Part shown: piece after piece, positions 55,221-64,000 of the stretch | How the letters are laid out: every line of letters starts with the position of its first letter | Position numbering within the stretch: position 1 is the first letter of the stretch | Assembly: GCF_016903815.1 (NCBI RefSeq) | Contig: NZ_CP069973.1 | Reading direction: 5' to 3' (one strand) | DNA: 64,000 nt | Source of the DNA: Escherichia coli | GTDB taxonomy: Bacteria; Pseudomonadota; Gammaproteobacteria; Enterobacterales; Enterobacteriaceae | The notes under the pieces: generated by a model | Seen by the model: the letters and a program-made list of their open reading frames with translations, nothing else | The model's database searches: none | What the model was told of the DNA's origin: nothing | Position numbers and translations under genes: made by a program

Positions 55221-55405
55221 CAGCGTCCCGCTGAAATCGTCGACTTACCTCCTTTCGCCCTGTATGCAGTCTATCGCTGACTTGCGGATAAAATAGTTTC
55301 CAGTGTGATTATTGCGTAACGTCTCGCAAAGAATATTTGCTGGCAGGATCGCAGACTGCAAAGCCTGCAGATTGACAATCTTATCGTGAAGGCATACTTT
55401 CAGGA

Positions 55406-55550
55406 GTGAGGGTAGAGCGGGGTTTCCCCCGCCCTGGTAGTCTTAGTATGCTGGGTAGCTAATCACTAAGAGCACCACGATGATGATCCACTTCATCATG
55501 ACCCTTTCCTTATTTAAGGCCCCTTCCTCGGGAGGGGCTTTCCCGTTTCA
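55406..55550 (+). ncRNA. Sib-family antisense sRNA, copy 3; ends approximate
   Basis: Third repeat unit with TTGACA at 55372..55377 and CATACT -10-like hexamer; antisense to the third ibs ORF. Confidence 0.5.
55443..55499 (-). CDS. Ibs-family type I toxin, third copy (variant peptide)
   Basis: Reverse complement translates MMKWIIIVVLLVISYPAY-stop; same architecture as IbsA/IbsB with substitutions at positions 4-5 and 15. Confidence 0.7.
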   Translation of the reverse strand: MMKWIIIVVLLVISYPAY

Positions 55551-55777
55551 GCGTCCCGCTGAAATCATCGGCTTACCTCCTTTCGCCATGCACGTAGTCT
55601 ATCGCTAACGCGTAGATAAAATAGTTTCATGTGTTATTACTGGATGCGTGCTCGCAAATGTGCCCGCCATTCAGACGATTCCCGATAGTGTTTCATAATT
55701 CCTCCATTTTTCTCCCTTATTGGCTGGCTACACTAGTATCATTCCGCGAAACGTTTCAGGAAGAGAAACTCTTAACG

Positions 55778-57025
55778 ATGAAAGGTAGTTATAAATCCCG
55801 TTGGGTAATCGTAATCGTGGTGGTTATCGCCGCCATCGCTGCATTCTGGTTCTGGCAAGGCCGCAATGACTCCCAGAGTGCAGCCCCAGGGGCGACGAAA
55901 CAAGCGCAGCAATCGCCAGCGGGTGGTCGCCGTGGTATGCGTTCCGGCCCATTAGCCCCGGTTCAGGCGGCGACCGCCGTAGAACAGGCAGTTCCGCGTT
56001 ACCTCACCGGGCTTGGCACCATTACCGCCGCTAATACTGTTACGGTGCGCAGCCGCGTGGACGGTCAACTGATGGCGTTGCATTTCCAGGAAGGCCAGCA
56101 GGTCAAAGCAGGCGATTTATTGGCAGAAATTGACCCCAGCCAGTTCAAAGTTGCATTAGCACAAGCCCAGGGCCAACTGGCAAAAGATAAAGCCACGCTT
56201 GCCAACGCCCGCCGTGACCTGGCGCGTTATCAACAACTGGTAAAAACCAATCTCGTATCTCGTCAGGAACTGGATGCCCAACAAGCGCTGGTCAGTGAAA
56301 CCGAAGGCACCATTAAGGCTGATGAAGCAAGCGTCGCCAGCGCACAGCTGCAACTCGACTGGAGCCGCATCACCGCGCCAGTTGATGGTCGCGTTGGTCT
56401 CAAGCAGGTTGATGTTGGTAACCAAATCTCCAGTGGTGATACCACCGGGATTGTGGTGATCACCCAGACGCATCCTATCGATTTGCTCTTTACCCTGCCG
56501 GAAAGCGATATCGCTACCGTAGTACAGGCGCAAAAAACCGGAAAACCGCTGGTGGTAGAAGCCTGGGATCGCACCAACTCGAAGAAATTAAGTGAAGGCA
56601 CGCTGTTAAGCCTCGATAACCAAATCGATGCCACTACCGGTACGATTAAAGTGAAAGCACGCTTTAATAATCAGGATGATGCGCTGTTTCCCAATCAGTT
56701 TGTTAACGCGCGTATGTTAGTCGACACCGAACAAAACGCCGTGGTGATCCCCACCGCCGCTCTGCAAATGGGCAACGAAGGCCATTTTGTCTGGGTGCTG
56801 AATAGCGAAAACAAGGTCAGCAAACATCTGGTGACGCCGGGCATTCAGGACAGTCAGAAAGTGGTGATCCGCGCAGGTATTTCTGCGGGCGACCGCGTAG
56901 TGACAGACGGCATTGATCGCCTGACCGAAGGGGCGAAAGTGGAAGTAGTGGAAGCCCAGAGCGCCACCACTCCGGAAGAGAAAGCCACCAGCCGCGAATA
57001 CGCGAAAAAAGGAGCACGCTCCTGA
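55778..57025 (+). CDS. mdtA: Multidrug efflux RND periplasmic adaptor subunit
   Basis: Start trimmed to [16 protein letters not shown] (415 aa); membrane fusion protein family; stop overlaps the mdtB start (TGATG). Confidence 0.9.
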   Translation: MKGSYKSRWVIVIVVVIAAIAAFWFWQGRNDSQSAAPGATKQAQQSPAGGRRGMRSGPLAPVQAATAVEQAVPRYLTGLGTITAANTVTVRSRVDGQLMALHFQEGQQVKAGDLLAEIDPSQFKVALAQAQGQLAKDKATLANARRDLARYQQLVKTNLVSRQELDAQQALVSETEGTIKADEASVASAQLQLDWSRITAPVDGRVGLKQVDVGNQISSGDTTGIVVITQTHPIDLLFTLPESDIATVVQAQKTGKPLVVEAWDRTNSKKLSEGTLLSLDNQIDATTGTIKVKARFNNQDDALFPNQFVNARMLVDTEQNAVVIPTAALQMGNEGHFVWVLNSENKVSKHLVTPGIQDSQKVVIRAGISAGDRVVTDGIDRLTEGAKVEVVEAQSATTPEEKATSREYAKKGARS

Positions 57026-60000
57026 TGCAGGTGTTACCCCCGAGCAGCACAGGCGGCCCGTCGCGCCTGTTTATTATGCGTCCTGTCGCCACCACGCTGC
57101 TGATGGTGGCGATCTTACTCGCTGGGATTATCGGTTATAGAGCCCTGCCCGTTTCGGCGCTGCCGGAAGTGGACTATCCGACCATTCAGGTAGTCACGCT
57201 CTACCCAGGTGCGAGCCCGGATGTCATGACCTCTGCCGTTACCGCGCCGCTTGAACGCCAGTTTGGGCAGATGTCTGGCCTGAAACAGATGTCGTCGCAA
57301 AGTTCCGGCGGTGCGTCAGTTATCACCTTACAGTTCCAGCTAACATTACCGCTGGATGTCGCCGAGCAGGAAGTGCAGGCCGCGATTAACGCTGCGACCA
57401 ACTTGTTGCCGAGCGATCTGCCTAACCCGCCGGTTTACAGCAAAGTGAACCCGGCAGATCCACCAATCATGACGCTCGCCGTCACCTCAACCGCCATGCC
57501 AATGACGCAAGTGGAAGATATGGTGGAAACCCGCGTCGCGCAGAAAATCTCGCAGATTTCCGGTGTCGGCCTGGTGACGCTTTCCGGCGGCCAGCGTCCG
57601 GCTGTTCGTGTCAAACTTAACGCTCAGGCGATTGCCGCCCTCGGCCTGACCAGCGAAACCGTGCGCACCGCTATTACCGGCGCTAACGTTAACTCGGCAA
57701 AAGGTAGCCTCGACGGCCCTTCCCGTGCGGTCACGCTTTCCGCGAACGACCAGATGCAATCCGCCGAAGAGTATCGCCAGCTGATCATCGCCTACCAGAA
57801 CGGCGCGCCGATTCGTCTTGGCGATGTCGCAACCGTAGAACAAGGCGCAGAAAACAGCTGGCTCGGCGCGTGGGCGAACAAAGAACAGGCCATCGTGATG
57901 AATGTTCAGCGCCAGCCCGGTGCTAACATTATCTCCACCGCCGACAGCATCCGGCAGATGCTGCCACAACTCACCGAGAGTTTGCCGAAATCGGTAAAAG
58001 TGACGGTACTTTCTGACCGTACCACCAATATTCGCGCATCCGTCGATGATACTCAGTTTGAATTGATGATGGCTATCGCGCTGGTAGTCATGATTATCTA
58101 CCTGTTTTTGCGTAATATTCCGGCGACTATCATTCCCGGCGTCGCAGTGCCGCTGTCGTTAATCGGCACCTTCGCGGTCATGGTGTTTCTCGATTTTTCA
58201 ATCAATAACCTGACGCTGATGGCGTTAACTATCGCCACCGGATTTGTGGTCGATGACGCCATCGTGGTGATCGAAAACATTTCCCGCTATATCGAAAAAG
58301 GCGAAAAACCGTTGGCGGCGGCGCTCAAAGGCGCGGGTGAAATCGGCTTTACCATTATCTCGCTGACCTTCTCACTGATTGCAGTGTTGATCCCACTGCT
58401 ATTTATGGGCGATATCGTCGGGCGACTGTTCCGCGAATTTGCTATTACTCTGGCAGTCGCGATTTTGATCTCAGCCGTGGTGTCGCTGACTCTGACGCCG
58501 ATGATGTGCGCGCGGATGCTCAGCCAGGAGTCGCTGCGTAAACAGAATCGCTTCTCCCGAGCCTCGGAGAAAATGTTCGACAGGATAATCGCCGCCTATG
58601 GTCGTGGACTGGCGAAAGTGCTGAATCATCCGTGGCTGACCTTAAGCGTGGCACTCAGCACGCTGCTGCTTAGTGTTCTCTTGTGGGTATTCATTCCGAA
58701 AGGTTTCTTCCCGGTACAGGACAACGGCATTATTCAGGGCACTTTGCAGGCACCGCAATCCAGCTCCTTTGCCAATATGGCCCAGCGGCAACGCCAGGTC
58801 GCGGATGTGATTTTGCAGGATCCGGCAGTGCAAAGCCTGACCTCATTTGTTGGCGTTGATGGCACTAACCCGTCGCTGAACAGTGCGCGTTTGCAGATCA
58901 ACCTCAAACCGTTGGATGAACGTGATGATCGGGTGCAAAAAGTCATCGCCCGTCTGCAAACGGCGGTGGATAAAGTGCCGGGCGTCGATCTCTTCCTGCA
59001 ACCAACGCAGGACCTGACCATCGATACTCAGGTCAGCCGCACCCAGTACCAGTTTACCTTGCAGGCCACGTCACTGGATGCGCTCAGTACCTGGGTGCCA
59101 CAGTTGATGGAAAAACTCCAGCAACTGCCACAGCTTTCTGATGTCTCCAGCGACTGGCAGGATCAAGGGCTGGTGGCGTATGTCAATGTTGATCGCGACA
59201 GCGCCAGCCGTCTGGGGATCAGCATGGCGGACGTCGATAACGCCCTGTACAACGCGTTTGGTCAGCGGCTGATTTCCACTATTTATACTCAGGCTAACCA
59301 GTATCGCGTGGTGCTGGAACACAACACTGAAAATACCCCAGGCCTCGCGGCGCTGGATACCATTCGCCTGACCAGCAGCGACGGCGGCGTGGTGCCGCTA
59401 AGCTCAATTGCCAAAATTGAGCAGCGTTTTGCGCCGCTCTCCATCAACCATCTGGATCAGTTCCCGGTAACGACTATCTCCTTTAACGTGCCGGATAACT
59501 ATTCGCTGGGCGATGCGGTGCAGGCGATTATGGACACCGAAAAGACGCTGAATCTGCCGGTGGATATCACCACGCAGTTCCAGGGCAGCACCCTCGCTTT
59601 CCAGTCGGCGCTGGGCAGCACTGTCTGGCTGATTGTCGCGGCGGTGGTGGCGATGTATATCGTGCTCGGCATTCTGTACGAGAGCTTTATTCACCCGATC
59701 ACCATTCTCTCGACGCTACCCACGGCAGGTGTTGGCGCACTGCTGGCGTTAATGATTGCCGGTAGCGAACTGGATGTGATTGCAATTATCGGCATTATTT
59801 TGCTGATCGGTATCGTGAAGAAGAACGCCATCATGATGATCGACTTCGCGCTGGCTGCTGAGCGCGAGCAAGGCATGTCGCCGCGCGATGCAATCTACCA
59901 GGCTTGTCTGTTGCGTTTTCGTCCGATCCTGATGACCACCCTGGCGGCTCTGCTTGGCGCGCTGCCGCTGATGTTAAGTACCGGGGTCGGCGCAGAACTG

Positions 60001-60147
60001 CGTCGTCCGTTAGGCATCGGCATGGTCGGCGGCCTGATTGTCAGCCAGGTGCTGACGCTGTTCACCACGCCGGTGATTTATCTGCTGTTCGACCGCCTGG
60101 CATTGTGGACCAAAAGTCGCTTTGCTCGCCATGAAGAGGAGGCGTAA
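57025..60147 (+). CDS. mdtB: Multidrug efflux RND permease subunit MdtB
   Basis: 1040 aa; RND (AcrB-like) transporter. Confidence 0.95.
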   Translation: MQVLPPSSTGGPSRLFIMRPVATTLLMVAILLAGIIGYRALPVSALPEVDYPTIQVVTLYPGASPDVMTSAVTAPLERQFGQMSGLKQMSSQSSGGASVITLQFQLTLPLDVAEQEVQAAINAATNLLPSDLPNPPVYSKVNPADPPIMTLAVTSTAMPMTQVEDMVETRVAQKISQISGVGLVTLSGGQRPAVRVKLNAQAIAALGLTSETVRTAITGANVNSAKGSLDGPSRAVTLSANDQMQSAEEYRQLIIAYQNGAPIRLGDVATVEQGAENSWLGAWANKEQAIVMNVQRQPGANIISTADSIRQMLPQLTESLPKSVKVTVLSDRTTNIRASVDDTQFELMMAIALVVMIIYLFLRNIPATIIPGVAVPLSLIGTFAVMVFLDFSINNLTLMALTIATGFVVDDAIVVIENISRYIEKGEKPLAAALKGAGEIGFTIISLTFSLIAVLIPLLFMGDIVGRLFREFAITLAVAILISAVVSLTLTPMMCARMLSQESLRKQNRFSRASEKMFDRIIAAYGRGLAKVLNHPWLTLSVALSTLLLSVLLWVFIPKGFFPVQDNGIIQGTLQAPQSSSFANMAQRQRQVADVILQDPAVQSLTSFVGVDGTNPSLNSARLQINLKPLDERDDRVQKVIARLQTAVDKVPGVDLFLQPTQDLTIDTQVSRTQYQFTLQATSLDALSTWVPQLMEKLQQLPQLSDVSSDWQDQGLVAYVNVDRDSASRLGISMADVDNALYNAFGQRLISTIYTQANQYRVVLEHNTENTPGLAALDTIRLTSSDGGVVPLSSIAKIEQRFAPLSINHLDQFPVTTISFNVPDNYSLGDAVQAIMDTEKTLNLPVDITTQFQGSTLAFQSALGSTVWLIVAAVVAMYIVLGILYESFIHPITILSTLPTAGVGALLALMIAGSELDVIAIIGIILLIGIVKKNAIMMIDFALAAEREQGMSPRDAIYQACLLRFRPILMTTLAALLGALPLMLSTGVGAELRRPLGIGMVGGLIVSQVLTLFTTPVIYLLFDRLALWTKSRFARHEEEA

Positions 60148-63100
60148 GTGAAGTTTTTTGCCCTCTTCATTTACCGCCCGGTGGCGACGATTTTACTGTC
60201 GGTCGCCATTACCCTATGCGGCATACTGGGTTTCCGTATGCTGCCGGTCGCCCCGCTGCCGCAGGTCGATTTTCCGGTGATTATGGTTAGCGCCTCGCTG
60301 CCCGGTGCGTCGCCGGAGACAATGGCGTCTTCCGTTGCCACGCCGCTGGAACGCTCACTTGGGCGCATTGCCGGGGTCAGTGAAATGACCTCCAGCAGTT
60401 CGCTCGGCAGCACGCGTATTATTTTGCAGTTTGATTTTGACCGGGATATCAACGGTGCGGCGCGTGATGTGCAGGCGGCGATCAACGCCGCACAAAGTCT
60501 GCTGCCCAGTGGGATGCCCAGCCGCCCGACTTATCGCAAAGCGAACCCGTCGGATGCGCCAATTATGATCCTGACGCTAACCTCCGATACTTATTCGCAG
60601 GGTGAACTGTACGATTTCGCCTCGACGCAGCTGGCTCCGACGATTTCGCAAATCGACGGCGTCGGTGATGTCGATGTTGGCGGCAGCTCGCTGCCCGCCG
60701 TGCGCGTCGGGCTGAACCCGCAGGCGCTGTTTAATCAGGGCGTGTCGCTGGACGACGTACGCACTGCCATCAGCAATGCCAACGTGCGTAAACCGCAGGG
60801 GGTGCTGGAAGATGGCACTCACCGCTGGCAGATCCAGACCAATGATGAGCTAAAAACCGCCGCTGAATATCAGCCGTTGATTATTCATTACAACAACGGC
60901 GGCGCGGTTCGTCTGGGCGATGTGGCGACGGTGACCGACTCAGTGCAGGATGTGCGCAACGCCGGGATGACCAACGCCAAACCGGCTATTTTGCTGATGA
61001 TCCGCAAGCTGCCGGAAGCCAATATTATCCAGACGGTTGACAGCATCCGGGCAAAATTACCGGAGTTGCAGGAGACCATTCCGGCGGCGATTGATCTGCA
61101 AATTGCCCAGGATCGCTCCCCCACCATTCGCGCCTCGCTGGAAGAAGTCGAGCAAACGCTGATTATCTCGGTGGCGCTGGTGATTCTGGTGGTCTTTTTA
61201 TTCCTGCGCTCGGGTCGCGCCACTATTATTCCCGCCGTTGCGGTGCCGGTTTCGCTGATTGGTACGTTTGCGGCGATGTACCTGTGCGGTTTCAGTCTCA
61301 ATAATCTTTCGTTAATGGCGCTCACCATTGCTACTGGTTTCGTGGTGGATGACGCCATCGTGGTGCTGGAAAACATTGCACGTCATCTGGAAGCGGGAAT
61401 GAAACCGTTGCAAGCCGCACTGCAAGGTACTCGCGAAGTCGGTTTTACGGTGCTGTCGATGAGTCTGTCACTGGTGGCGGTGTTCCTGCCGCTGCTGTTG
61501 ATGGGCGGATTGCCGGGCCGACTGTTACGCGAGTTTGCCGTGACGCTTTCTGTCGCCATTGGTATTTCGTTGCTGGTTTCCCTGACGCTAACGCCGATGA
61601 TGTGTGGCTGGATGCTGAAAGCCAGCAAGCCGCGCGAGCAAAAGCGACTACGTGGTTTTGGTCGCATGTTGGTAGCCCTGCAACAAGGCTACGGCAAGTC
61701 ACTGAAATGGGTGCTCAATCATACCCGTCTGGTGGGCGTGGTGCTGCTTGGCACCATTGCACTGAATATCTGGCTGTATATCTCGATCCCGAAAACCTTC
61801 TTCCCGGAGCAGGACACCGGCGTGTTGATGGGCGGGATACAGGCGGATCAGAGTATTTCGTTTCAGGCGATGCGCGGTAAGTTGCAGGATTTCATGAAAA
61901 TTATCCGTGACGATCCAGCAGTGGATAATGTCACCGGATTTACCGGCGGTTCGCGGGTGAACAGCGGGATGATGTTTATCACCCTCAAGCCACGCGGCGA
62001 ACGCAGCGAAACGGCGCAGCAAATTATCGACCGTCTGCGCGTGAAGCTGGCGAAAGAACCGGGGGCGAATCTGTTCCTGATGGCGGTACAGGATATTCGC
62101 GTTGGCGGACGTCAGTCGAACGCCAGCTATCAGTACACGTTACTGTCCGACGACCTGGCGGCACTGCGCGAATGGGAACCGAAAATCCGCAAAAAACTGG
62201 CGACATTGCCGGAACTGGCGGACGTGAACTCCGACCAGCAGGATAACGGCGCGGAGATGAATCTGGTTTACGACCGCGACACCATGGCACGGCTGGGAAT
62301 CGACGTGCAAGCCGCCAACAGTCTGTTAAATAACGCCTTCGGTCAGCGGCAAATCTCGACCATTTACCAGCCGATGAACCAGTATAAAGTGGTGATGGAA
62401 GTGGATCCGCGCTATACCCAGGACATCAGCGCGCTGGAAAAAATGTTCGTTATCAATAACGAAGGAAAAGCGATCCCGCTGTCGTATTTCGCTAAATGGC
62501 AACCGGCGAATGCTCCGCTGTCGGTGAATCATCAGGGATTATCGGCAGCCTCGACCATCTCGTTCAACCTGCCGACCGGGAAATCGCTCTCGGACGCCAG
62601 TGCAGCGATCGATCGCGCAATGACCCAGCTTGGTGTGCCTTCGACGGTGCGCGGTAGTTTTGCCGGCACGGCGCAGGTGTTCCAGGAGACGATGAACTCG
62701 CAGGTGATCCTGATTATCGCCGCCATCGCCACGGTGTATATCGTGCTGGGTATCCTTTACGAGAGTTACGTACATCCGCTGACGATTCTCTCCACCCTGC
62801 CCTCGGCGGGCGTTGGAGCGCTGCTGGCGCTGGAACTGTTCAATGCCCCGTTCAGCCTAATCGCCCTGATAGGGATCATGCTATTAATCGGCATCGTAAA
62901 GAAAAACGCCATCATGATGGTCGATTTTGCGCTTGAAGCCCAACGGCACGGTAACCTGACGCCGCAGGAAGCTATTTTCCAGGCCTGTCTGCTGCGTTTT
63001 CGCCCGATTATGATGACTACCCTGGCGGCGCTGTTTGGCGCGCTGCCGCTGGTGTTGTCGGGCGGTGACGGCTCGGAGCTGCGCCAACCCCTGGGGATCA

Positions 63101-63225
63101 CCATTGTCGGCGGTCTGGTAATGAGCCAGCTTCTGACGCTGTATACCACGCCGGTGGTGTATCTCTTTTTCGACCGTCTGCGGCTGCGTTTTTCGCGTAA
63201 ACCTAAACAAACGGTAACCGAGTAA
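60148..63225 (+). CDS. mdtC: Multidrug efflux RND permease subunit MdtC
   Basis: 1025 aa beginning (GTG)[17 protein letters not shown]; RND transporter paralogous to MdtB. Confidence 0.95.
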   Translation: MKFFALFIYRPVATILLSVAITLCGILGFRMLPVAPLPQVDFPVIMVSASLPGASPETMASSVATPLERSLGRIAGVSEMTSSSSLGSTRIILQFDFDRDINGAARDVQAAINAAQSLLPSGMPSRPTYRKANPSDAPIMILTLTSDTYSQGELYDFASTQLAPTISQIDGVGDVDVGGSSLPAVRVGLNPQALFNQGVSLDDVRTAISNANVRKPQGVLEDGTHRWQIQTNDELKTAAEYQPLIIHYNNGGAVRLGDVATVTDSVQDVRNAGMTNAKPAILLMIRKLPEANIIQTVDSIRAKLPELQETIPAAIDLQIAQDRSPTIRASLEEVEQTLIISVALVILVVFLFLRSGRATIIPAVAVPVSLIGTFAAMYLCGFSLNNLSLMALTIATGFVVDDAIVVLENIARHLEAGMKPLQAALQGTREVGFTVLSMSLSLVAVFLPLLLMGGLPGRLLREFAVTLSVAIGISLLVSLTLTPMMCGWMLKASKPREQKRLRGFGRMLVALQQGYGKSLKWVLNHTRLVGVVLLGTIALNIWLYISIPKTFFPEQDTGVLMGGIQADQSISFQAMRGKLQDFMKIIRDDPAVDNVTGFTGGSRVNSGMMFITLKPRGERSETAQQIIDRLRVKLAKEPGANLFLMAVQDIRVGGRQSNASYQYTLLSDDLAALREWEPKIRKKLATLPELADVNSDQQDNGAEMNLVYDRDTMARLGIDVQAANSLLNNAFGQRQISTIYQPMNQYKVVMEVDPRYTQDISALEKMFVINNEGKAIPLSYFAKWQPANAPLSVNHQGLSAASTISFNLPTGKSLSDASAAIDRAMTQLGVPSTVRGSFAGTAQVFQETMNSQVILIIAAIATVYIVLGILYESYVHPLTILSTLPSAGVGALLALELFNAPFSLIALIGIMLLIGIVKKNAIMMVDFALEAQRHGNLTPQEAIFQACLLRFRPIMMTTLAALFGALPLVLSGGDGSELRQPLGITIVGGLVMSQLLTLYTTPVVYLFFDRLRLRFSRKPKQTVTE

Positions 63226-64000
63226 ATGACAGATCTTCCCGACAGCACCCGCTGGCAATTGTGGATTGTGGCTTTCGGCTTCTTTATGCAGTCGCTGGAC
63301 ACCACCATCGTCAACACCGCGCTTCCCTCAATGGCACAAAGCCTCGGGGAAAGTCCGTTGCGTATGCACATGGTCATTGTCTCTTATGTACTGACCGTGG
63401 CGGTGATGTTGCCTGCCAGCGGCTGGCTGGCGGACAAAGTCGGCGTGCGCAATATTTTCTTTACCGCCATCGTGCTGTTTACCCTCGGTTCACTGTTTTG
63501 CGCGCTTTCCGGCACGCTGAACGAACTGTTGCTGGCACGCGCGTTACAGGGCGTTGGCGGTGCGATGATGGTGCCGGTCGGCAGATTGACGGTGATGAAA
63601 ATCGTACCGCGCGAGCAATATATGGCGGCGATGACCTTTGTCACAGTGCCCGGTCAGGTCGGTCCGCTGCTGGGTCCGGCGCTCGGCGGTCTGCTGGTGG
63701 AGTACGCATCGTGGCACTGGATCTTTTTGATCAACATTCCGGTGGGGATTATCGGTGCGATCGCAACACTAATGTTGATGCCGAACTACACCATGCAGAC
63801 GCGGCGCTTTGATCTTTCCGGCTTTTTATTGCTGGCGGTTGGCATGGCGGTATTAACCCTGGCGCTGGATGGCAGTAAAGGTACAGGTTTATCGCCGCTG
63901 GCGATTACTGGCCTGGTCGCTGTTGGCGTGGTAGCACTGGTGCTTTATCTGCTGCACGCCAGAAATAACAACCGCGCTCTTTTCAGTCTGAAACTGTTCC
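63226..64000 (+). CDS. mdtD: MFS transporter MdtD, 5' portion (runs off window end)
   Basis: ATG at 63226 translates [34 protein letters not shown]...; frame stays open to the window end. Absent from the ORF track because no stop lies in the window. Confidence 0.85.
   Translation, partial: MTDLPDSTRWQLWIVAFGFFMQSLDTTIVNTALPSMAQSLGESPLRMHMVIVSYVLTVAVMLPASGWLADKVGVRNIFFTAIVLFTLGSLFCALSGTLNELLLARALQGVGGAMMVPVGRLTVMKIVPREQYMAAMTFVTVPGQVGPLLGPALGGLLVEYASWHWIFLINIPVGIIGAIATLMLMPNYTMQTRRFDLSGFLLLAVGMAVLTLALDGSKGTGLSPLAITGLVAVGVVALVLYLLHARNNNRALFSLKLF

Larger units (their letters stand above)
54735..55630. repeat. Three tandem direct repeats (period about 330 bp) of the sib/ibs module
   Basis: ttcaggagtgagggt...tttcccgtttcagcgtcccgctgaaatc...tattgcgtaac...cctgcagattgacaatcttatcgtgaaggcata recurs with unit starts at 54735, 55071 and 55399. 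Confidence 0.85.

Noticed and set aside
54600-55640. Possible CRISPR array suggested by the regular about 330-bp repeats
   Set aside because: Period is far too long, and the units contain promoters and peptide ORFs of sib/ibs modules; no short repeat-spacer structure anywhere in the window.

Overview
This window reads as an Escherichia coli-type chromosomal segment (K-12-like synteny, but not K-12) running from the 5' end of ugd to the start of mdtD. I found no clearly undescribed system; the best candidates for follow-up are the yegI/yegK/yegL kinase-phosphatase-vWA triad and a triplicated Sib/Ibs toxin-antitoxin array. All gene calls rest on reading the supplied ORF translations against remembered protein families; no database search was run. 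In order, the window contains: ugd (partial), an IS200-like insertion, gnd, an AT-rich strain-specific O-antigen cluster (GalE-like epimerase, three glycosyltransferases, wzy, a WecF-like protein, wzx, rmlCADB), galF, a gne-like epimerase, the complete colanic acid operon (wcaM to wza), yegH, asmA, dcd, udk, dgcE, alkA, yegD, yegI-yegJ-yegK-yegL, three tandem sib/ibs modules, and mdtABC plus the start of mdtD. Several ORF-track starts are trimmed to internal Met/Val codons that match remembered protein lengths.
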